Assembly (NCBI GenBank): GCA_907165135.1
Contig: OU015566.1
Coordinates: forward strand, 7,006,001 to 7,070,000
Direction of reading: 5' to 3'
Source of the DNA: Oikopleura dioica
Taxonomy: Eukaryota; Animalia; Chordata
Length of the DNA: 64,000 nucleotides
Position numbers and translations under genes: made by a program. Under the pieces are notes generated by a model. The model had not been told where the DNA came from and did not search any database. It was given only the letters and a program-made list of their open reading frames with translations. Of this stretch, positions 55,340 through 64,000 are shown in pieces. Numbering within the stretch: the first letter of the stretch is position 1; each line of letters begins with the position of its first letter.

Positions 55340-58300
55340 TTCTCTTCGGTGAATTAAAAATGAAAGAATAAAGACGATGAAGGATGGGATGATTCAGACA
55401 GAAAATTGACGGATTGCCGCTTTTTATACTTAAACACGCGTGAGAAGACAAAATATTTGACAATTTCAAGGGCGTCTCAGAAGAAATTACCCAACCATTG
55501 ACAATCCAACGTGATCTTCTTGAGTAGTCAGCTCTTTCTTCTTGGCGTTAGTTTTGGCAAGCGGTGAGTAGCTTCGTCCGGTAAGCGTGCGGGTGTGATG
55601 TAATCGAGCCTAAGAAGTCTGCTTATGCGGAATAATCGCCAGCCATCCGATCGAGGAGGACTTTTAGAAGCTTTCGTAACGCTAATTGAACCATATTCCG
55701 GACAAATAGAATTCCACGCGGCCATATTTTCGTCGTCACTTCAGAATTTCGCCTTGTAAAAGACGGCGAATCTCCAAAAGAAGAACTGATTGATTTGCAA
55801 GATCTTCCTTTTGAGGAGCATCCGGAAAACTTTTTAATAATTTTACGTCATCGCGAAAAAGGGAAGAAGAGCCAAGTGGTTCTAGCGACGGCGATCATAC
55901 AAGTGCGCTAACCAAGCGAGGGAGAAACTGATACGGGAAAGGTGCGAGCAGGGATTAGAAAGATACTGCACAACCGAGTTGGACGAGGAACGTCCCTGAT
56001 TCAGTTTCATTGACTCAAGCCAACTTTTTTTTTTCTAATGGATGAGCTTTGGGAAAGAAAGAGGGTAGAAATGAACTCTGCTTATTCTTAGAAGCACTCA
56101 TTTTTCTATGGATATTAACTTTGGGATACCCATATTCATTGAGAAAAGAAACTTCGAGATTTGAAATATGATGAGTAAGGGTATCCCAAGGTCAGTTCGA
56201 CGAGAAAAATTTGAGTATGTTTTCCGGTTCAATTTTGATCCGAAAAATGTTCTTGCTTTCGGATTTTCGTTCAGAAATGAGGAAAAAGGATTGATTTGCA
56301 TTTTCTTAATTGAGTTAATATTTGATGACTCATTCCTTCAAAATCACCGCCGATTCTTCTCGAAATCAAAAGCTCCCTCTGTCGCCATCTAGATCTAGCG
56401 CAAACGCGCGCGCGTGCATGCACAAGCCGCGGCGCTCGCGAGCTATCCTGAGCCTTCACGAGTCCTCGCTGTCTCTCGCGCGCATCCTCTCCACCGCCGG
56501 ATTCTCTTTGATGATGCGAGTATACCCAAGCTAAATTCAAATCCAAAATACACAAAATTTCAATTTTTCATTTCTAAGCAATCGAGAAAGATTCCAAGAG
56601 ATTTAATTATTAAAAGAAGACAACTGTGCAAAACTTATTTGTAAGTAAAAATGCCAGAGAAAAAAGGGGGCTTTTTGTTTGTTATTTTTGAAAATCTTGA
56701 AGATCAGATTTGCGGCTATATCTCGCATAATTATTTTTCCCAGAAATATATTTTATATTTGGCTTTTTACAGCAATTTTTCATCAATAATCCCATTATTT
56801 TTACTTGAATAAAAATAACGATAAATTTTTTTGCGCCATTTTTTAGTGAAAATTGGAATAAAATTAAAAAATATATGTTTTAATAAAAAATTTAAATATT
56901 TTTTGATAATTTGAAAAAAAAATCTTTTTGATTGAATAAAAATATCATTAAAATTATATTTTTAATCAATAATCTTAAACTAAGGGTAAATACGGAATTA
57001 TATAATGAAAAATGAAAAAAGTTCGACAATCGACTTCCGGCTTTGTTTAGAAATTCTCAGCGATATACGTTTAAAACAGTTTCCTGACAGCTAATTCCGT
57101 CAGAAGGGTATCAACTCGGCTTGATCCATCCACACCTAGAAAAAGGAATTATCAAAAAAATGGTCAATATTACGATCCCCCTAACCAACCGGTAATGCAG
57201 AGACACACGAAACTATTGTGATCTAAAATAGATCAATAAAAAGCTCCTTTCGCTAAAAAACGAAAAATATTTTGGAAACGCGAACGAAAAATACGAAAAT
57301 ACGCCGAAATGTAGTTTTTTTCTGAACTGATTTGAATCCAAAATACGAAAAAAACGTCGATTTATAATTGATTTTTCTTCAATAATTGAGCCACGGTATC
57401 CTATCTAAAACCATCGAAATTTTGGGCGGGTCCGTCAAAAAATTTTCACGCTAAAATCGGATCAAACGTGCTGGATGTCTCTTTCTGAGCTTCTAGCGCT
57501 GGTGACTTTCGAATTCAAAATCCCATTTGAAATTTCGCATCACAACAATCTGACATATCGTGAGAGAGAGAATTACGCAAAAGCGTAAAAATCCAATGTG
57601 AAATGCGCGCTCAAGAGAGCAAAAAAATTTCAAGCGCAGCCCAAAAGTCGCCGCTGATTTGGCGGATCAGTTCTAAAAGCGGTCGACACGGAAAATTGAC
57701 AAACCAGAGTTTTTCGAGTTTTTTCTTTCGTGCACTCTATGTACTCGGAAAATAAGATAATTAGAATGGTTGAACTCATTTTCTTCGTACAACTAGCGAA
57801 TATAGATGTAGAAATTTTGGCGCAGTTTTGACTAGGATTATGAATTGAAGCCGCGAGCAGTTATTTTATGATTGTACTACTGTAACAATCGAATATTATT
57901 GAAGATAAGAGCTAGAAATGATACAAAAACCTTCCTCACGGGAAAATACTCCTGGGAGGGCCCTTTCAACGAGTTTGTTGTTCGTCCAGAGAGTCCTCAA
58001 GTTAACGGTTTTTAGTTATAATATTTTTGAAAGGTAACAGTTAAAGTAATCCGTTGAAATCGAGGTCTTTCAGAAGTATTTTGCTGGGAAACCCCTTTAA
58101 AAATTATTTTCTTTGTGGAACTAAAATGGTTAATTTTTCCGGACATCTTCGTCCTTTTCAGTAATGAAATCTGATAATTTTTAAGCAGCAATTAGACAGC
58201 GTTTGAGGTTAACTCTTAAGCTCGTCAAAAATCGTTCGAAATATTCGCTGCGAAAATAAACCGTCTGCGCAAAGACATAAACAGTATGATCGCGCGCGTA

Positions 58301-59783
58301 AATCTGATACAAATATATTTTCGGTGCTCGTGTACCAAAAGACGGACTCTTGCATTTTCCACTTTAGCCTTCTCTTTTTGTTCGTTTCGCCGTTAGGGGT
58401 GAAAATATTCCGAAAACTGCTCAAATGCTCTTGAATGCAAATTTCGCGATAATACTAACTTTCACGTCAAAAGAAGTACTGTAGATAAATACTGTTTTCT
58501 GGAAAGCTTTTGGATGAGACAGCTTTGGTCCAAAATATTTGAAAGATGATTCTCTCTCGATACGATATTAAAGAAGAAGACATCCTTTTCTAGCAGATTT
58601 TCTTGGAATTTTTTCTTTATATTTTGTAATGTTGAATCCCTTATTTTTTCTCAAACGATAATTTCGACCGAGATCCATAAACATCACCTTTGTTTAATTA
58701 TTTGTCAAGTTGACCAAAGAAGACTTATTGACAATAAGTTATTGTCCAGAAAACTCGACAAGCCGCTTGCGGCTTCGAGGAAGAATATCATAGCCGCTTT
58801 TGCGCGGCTTTCTCATTCATCTAACTCAAATTCGCAAGAGGCATCTCGATATTTGTTGATTAGTGTTGAATTGCCAATGCATTAATTTTGAATTCAACTT
58901 GCAAATACAATTTTGTAATTTCTTTAATAAATATCCAAAAATGACCGTCTTCTTGGCTCGAATAAAATGTCCGCACTGGAGCGTAATGCGGTGAGAACTA
59001 AGGTGATGATGCAACTACATGACCGCACGTGGTCACACTGTGCATCCGGTTCTAAATGGCAAAGTGGTCTTGGCTAAATTTAATTTCGTTAATTTTTGGT
59101 TTATTTAGAAATGCAAATATTCGTCTTTTTCGCAATAAATTTACCAGCAGCATACTGTTTTATTTTGAGTTTAACATTTCGATTATGAAATAAACGAGAT
59201 CTTTATTTGTCGAAAAAAAGGGAAGACACTTTCAAAAGCAAGCCCGTTTTGTTTTCTTATTGAATTTATTGTCTTAGCCGCGAGTTTCAAGTTCTATCGA
59301 GTTTTAAGCCCAGTGAGTGGCGGATTAGCGATTGCGCCGCCTTTAGTAGAACTTTGAGTAATTTCTCATTTACAGTTTTGTCAATAAAGCAAACAGAAAA
59401 GCAAGATTTTTAGAAGATTAAAAAAAGAACACTTTTTTCAAAAGGGTAGATAGCAGCGTAAAAAAGGGGATCTTATCAGTTCTCAAAAATACTCTCTCTT
59501 CTAAAAATTGATCCACTTAAAATTCGGCGAGCACGGGTTGATAACCTTAACTCCAGGAAAAGGAGAAAAAAAGGAACATAACTTTAAACCGGATCAGGAT
59601 TTTTGATCTTGTCGGACAACGAGTTTCTAATTTGCTGAGTCGAGCTTCCAACTAATCTTTTCTTTTTTGGAGTTGACTGAATGACAATTATTATGAATGT
59701 AGATTTCTTCGGCCAAGATCGGATATGGTTAGGGTTGCGACGACAATGTATTTTCTGATGTCGATGATAAGATTTCTCATCAA

Positions 59784-60039
59784 GGGTTAGGGTTAGGGTT
59801 AGGCTTTAAGTTGATAGTGTCTGGAAGACATTACTATTGCTTGTAAAGGATTGTTAACCCACTATCGCATATTAGGCTTAAAATTGCTCATTTTTAACAA
59901 AAATTGATTTTCGAGGTTCTGATTGGCCAAAATCCCCTTATTATTTTGATGGCTGAGAATCGGCAATCTTGGGTCGATCTTCAGAAAGTCGATTGATAAT
60001 TTTGGATCTGGATTTTCGACATAACCCTAACCCTAACCC
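59784..60039. repeat. Inverted pair of telomere-like hexamer tracts
   Basis: (GGGTTA)3 at 59784-59801 and (TAACCC)3 at 60022-60039. Confidence 0.7.
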
Positions 60040-61727
60040 TGACCCCAAAAATCATCGTTCTAGGAATATTATTTTAAAAGGCTCAATTAAAAACAACTTT
60101 ATCTCATTTTCGCTATTCAACTGCTATCGCTTATCAGGAAATGTTATTTTTATTTTCGTTCAAAACAACGAAAGATAGATTTTTGAAGCGATTAAATCGT
60201 GACAAGGAGCCACGATCAGGGCCCGCTTTGTGTCCAAATGTTTTGCAGCGCCAGAAATATTTAATTTTCAAAAAAGGGATGAATTTGCATTTCGATGCAT
60301 TTTTCGGCGCGGATTTTTTCTTCCGGGGATTTAAGGAGAATATTTTGTTTAGAAAGGCAGAAATTAATAGACGGCAGACTTATGGTGTATTTGCTCGATA
60401 GAGGGCGCAATTTTCGAAAATTCTTTCTCCTGATTGGTTGTTCAGACAATTATCTTTTCTGTAAAAAAGAGGGATTATAAGACCAAAATTTTAAGGTGCG
60501 ATATTTTTGAGAAGATCTCTTAGATTGATTTTTTTTATCGATAGAGGGCGCAATAATGAAATTTACTGTTTTCTGATTGGTTCGTCAAAAAATGTTCTTT
60601 TTTGTTGAAAAAAAAATTATTAGACCGTACCAAGTTCTTGATGCTCTGAAAAAACGCTCTGCTCTTGATTCTTCTTCGATTTTTTCTTCGGAAAAAGGGA
60701 TGATCTTGACCGGATCTAAGGAAGAAGACGTAGCTTTGGATTTCTGAACGCGTTTGATCCGTTTAATTCGCGCGAGAAGAGCGTGGATTTTCAACCGCCT
60801 TAATTTAGAGCTCAGTAACGTTTTCGAAAAGGATCAATGTCCGTGGCTCGTTCTTTTTTTGAACACTAAACGAGATCACGAGGCTTACTAACGATTGAGC
60901 TCTAAAAATGGCAAAATGGACAAAAATGGCTTGTTGAGACAATGCTTGATACTGTTGCCTCTGTAGCTTAGCCCGCTTATACAGTCGTTTTGGACTTTAG
61001 GAGCGTTATTGCCGGTATAAATAAGGGCTAATTGAATCAATCGATAATTTTAACAGTTCTTATTGATATCTAATTGTCCAAAACATCTGATGTCTACATC
61101 GTCCAATCAGAACAGCAGGATGAAAGATTTGTCCAAGTTCTATTAGACCAGCCTAGAAATGACCGAGTTATTTCCTCTTTCTCATGAATTTCAACAGTTC
61201 TTTTACTTTATTTTATAAATAATAGTCGATTAATCTTTCGGTTGACACTCCCGTTGTCGATTCCATTTCCAATGTAAGAAAATTAATAGTTTAATAACCT
61301 CCTGTTTGAAAGATTGGTCGTCGTAGGAACAAAGCTATTTCCCCAAAAACACCATCTGCTCTCCATTTTTCGCCAATTCAGCTAAATCACCAATCGGCAT
61401 TTATATCCTTTCGCAATCGCTTTTTTTAAAATATCAAGAACACTGCTATGCCAACTCTCGTAAAACTTGAACCAGCGCATCAGAAAAATAAATTAGAAAA
61501 ATGAGGATGAGCTAAATTTGAACCTCGTATTTTGGGATCAAATAGAATAAGCGTTTTTGGAAAAATATATAAATATGTTAGAGGGCGCAAATCTCTGATC
61601 TTCAAGACTTTTTCAGCTTGTTGGTGGATGATCAAAAAATTATAAATGAATCACGGTTGATTATCGCAGTTAGAAACTAGCTCATAATTATAGGAAGAGT
61701 TATAGTATTATTGAGCTAAGCTAGCTA

Positions 61728-62592
61728 CAGTTGGTATGGTCAATTTTGCAGCGGTCAAATTAGCAGATTTTGCTTAAAATCGAAAAAAATTAAAAAATCG
61801 TTATTTTCCCGGAAAAGATAGGACAAGGAACAAATCGAGCGAGTAAAAGAGTACGTGATACCAAAGGAATGATTTTGATGGATAGCTTATCCAGGATAGG
61901 GTCTTGATTGGCCGGTAGGCCAAATAAAGCAATCTTATTGGCTCCAAAAAATGGTTGTAGGCTGTCAATAGGAGATTTATCTCCTAGTTCGTACTTTTGC
62001 GAAATAGGAGTTTTTTCTCCCATTGACCGCGGTCAAGAATCTTTGAACTGGGAGATATTTTTCCTGCGACAGGGGTCGTCGTGTGCCTCTTACCTGGGGG
62101 CTTCGGCCCCTAGGTCCTAAGATGCCGGGGTCTAGTCTATTGTTAGTTTGGGTTCCCTACCAAAAAATATCCTATTTCGAAAAAGCACGAACTAGGAGCT
62201 TAACCCCTGCCCGCATATCGACCTACGCGTAGGTAAATTGGCTTTATATCCTTTCGAGAGTTTTATCACGACTGAAAGACCCTCAAAAGGCCCGACCTAC
62301 GCGTAGGTTGATATGCGGGCAGGGGTAACAAATTTTTCATGCGGGCAGGGGTTAATCTCCTATTGACCGCATATTACCCAAAAAATCGCTTCCTTTGGTG
62401 TACGTTACTATATTATTCACTCATTTCGTGTCTCGTCTTATCTTTATTGTTCCTTTTCTTTGTTAGTGCCCAATTCGATGATTTAAAAATTCTGATCTCA
62501 AAATTCGGAAATTTTTTGAGAAAATGGTCAATTTAGCATATTTTGTTGAAATCTGCCAAAAAAACTACCTGCTAATTTGACCATACCCACTG
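61728..62592. mobile_element. Tc1/mariner-type non-autonomous element (TA TSD, CAGT-start TIRs)
   Basis: TA|CAGTTGGTATGGTCAATTTTGCAG ... CTGCTAATTTGACCATACCCACTG|TA, with additional internal inverted segments. Confidence 0.82.
62204..62351. mobile_element. piggyBac-type MITE (TTAA TSD, CCC-start TIRs) nested in the Tc1-like element
   Basis: TTAA|CCCCTGCCCGCAT ... ATGCGGGCAGGGG|TTAA; the right end is duplicated internally. Excision restores a sequence that mirrors 61961-61991 of the host element. Confidence 0.85.
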
Positions 62593-64000
62593 TAAGTTGA
62601 CTTAATTTCTAGGTTAGCTAGATCAGCTCAAAACATTTCCAGGGCACCAACCAAGAAAAGAAAGTGGATTTCTGGAAGACCAATAAGATTGGTGTATTTG
62701 GCCTACCGGCCAATGAAAACTCAGATCTACAAAATCACTTCCTTTTCTTGGTTTTGCCCATTTTTAGGCGATAATCGGGAATTTCGATACGTTGAAAATA
62801 TATTTCTAACATTTTTTATTTTAGATCTATTTCCTGCCATGCTTTCCTGCAACATCAGCATTAAAAACCTGCGTTTCAGATTGTAAATATCGAAAATCAT
62901 AAATCGGATCTCTATCTTTCTAATAATCAACTCTTTTGTAAAAGTAAAACATAAAATTTGGGACGTGCATATTTGTAAACCGTAGAATCATACGAGTAGT
63001 TTTCTTTTTATATTAATTTTTGAACAATCGAAGTCTTCTTAATAAATTTCTGTATCGAGAAGGAGAAACAGGACGAGCTTTTTGGCCGATTTTTCTTGTA
63101 ATAATTTTGATAACTAATTTTTGTAGAGAAAAAAGTACAAGAAAAAGGGGCAAATAAGACTCGATAAGAAACGAGTAAGAGGAAAGAAAACACAAGATGC
63201 GCCTCTTACCTTGGCTGCTTGGTATAGCAGGACACGTGTTAAAATTCTAGATTCATATACTAAGATGCTGTATCCGAGATACAGAAAAATAGGATACCGA
63301 TGTTATCAAATTTATTCTCTGATTAAAAAAGAGGCGCTTCTTCCACTCCTGGAAGAAAAAAGAAGATACCTGCTTCTGATTGGCTCGAATCGAGGAAATT
63401 ATTTTAAGCCAATCAAAAACGGGATTTTATCATTTTCTTCATGGTTAAAAAAAAGTCCTCTAACTTGATCAAGTAGCGCTAAAATTTGATATGCTCGGTA
63501 TACATCACTTTCTGTAAGAGCTTAAAAACCGGGCCCGTAAAGGTTTAACCCGTGAAAGCCCCCGTGTTAGGTGTGGTGCGCTATACAGTCGACACAGATT
63601 CAGCTGACATCACATGGTCCGAAGGTGGCAATGCCAAAATCCTCCTCGCCAGATTGGACGCTAGAGAGCTAACTATCTCCGAAACGGTAAGAGCTTTGAA
63701 TGTCTAAATTGATTTTTCGAATATTTTTGGTCATTTTTTGGTAATTTTGAATTTTTTGCATAAGCAAAGAATTTTGTTTGTTATTACTCTGCGGCCGAGG
63801 GTTGAGCATTTTGTTGGACATACGTGGAATTTACAGATGCTCAATTTCAATTTGAAAATTTGTGTTTAAAGTCACACGCGTGAAAATACGGCTCGAACTC
63901 GAGCCTATCGCACAAGGGCAACTCACGGGCCGCGACCTAAGAGGGTTTTTGTTAGAACCAGTTTATTTGATGAAAATACAACACGAGGAGAACACGGTAT

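Noticed and set aside
56098-63468. Scattered 60-95 aa ORFs
   Set aside because: Low-complexity, Phe/Lys/Ile-rich translations typical of AT-rich non-coding and repeat DNA.

Overview
Eukaryotic DNA from a very compact, AT-rich animal genome with many 40-150 bp introns, at least two probable GA-AG introns and a Tor-type env-bearing Ty3/gypsy retrotransposon. Together these suggest the larvacean tunicate Oikopleura (inference). About 16 host genes were reconstructed by hand-splicing: a cyclin O-like cyclin, two paralogous zinc-finger/coiled-coil/RING genes, an SLC43 transporter, Fringe, LC3/ATG8, MEK1/2, ATF4-like bZIP, CNNM, PBDC1, a C-type-lectin/Thr40/Kelch-like secreted protein, RETSAT and several unknowns. 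There are three tRNA genes and many non-autonomous DNA transposons. The standout is a four-layer nested structure at 1977-9216. A TIR element with a hairpin minisatellite landed in the first codons of a RING gene. Inside it is an LTR-like element (5-bp TSD GGTCA, polypurine tract, 121-bp terminal repeat with TAC...GTA ends) carrying an intact five-exon orphan gene in antisense orientation. Inside that is the integrase-env-LTR half of a Tor-like retrotransposon. Splice models and coordinates were derived by eye; no searches were run.
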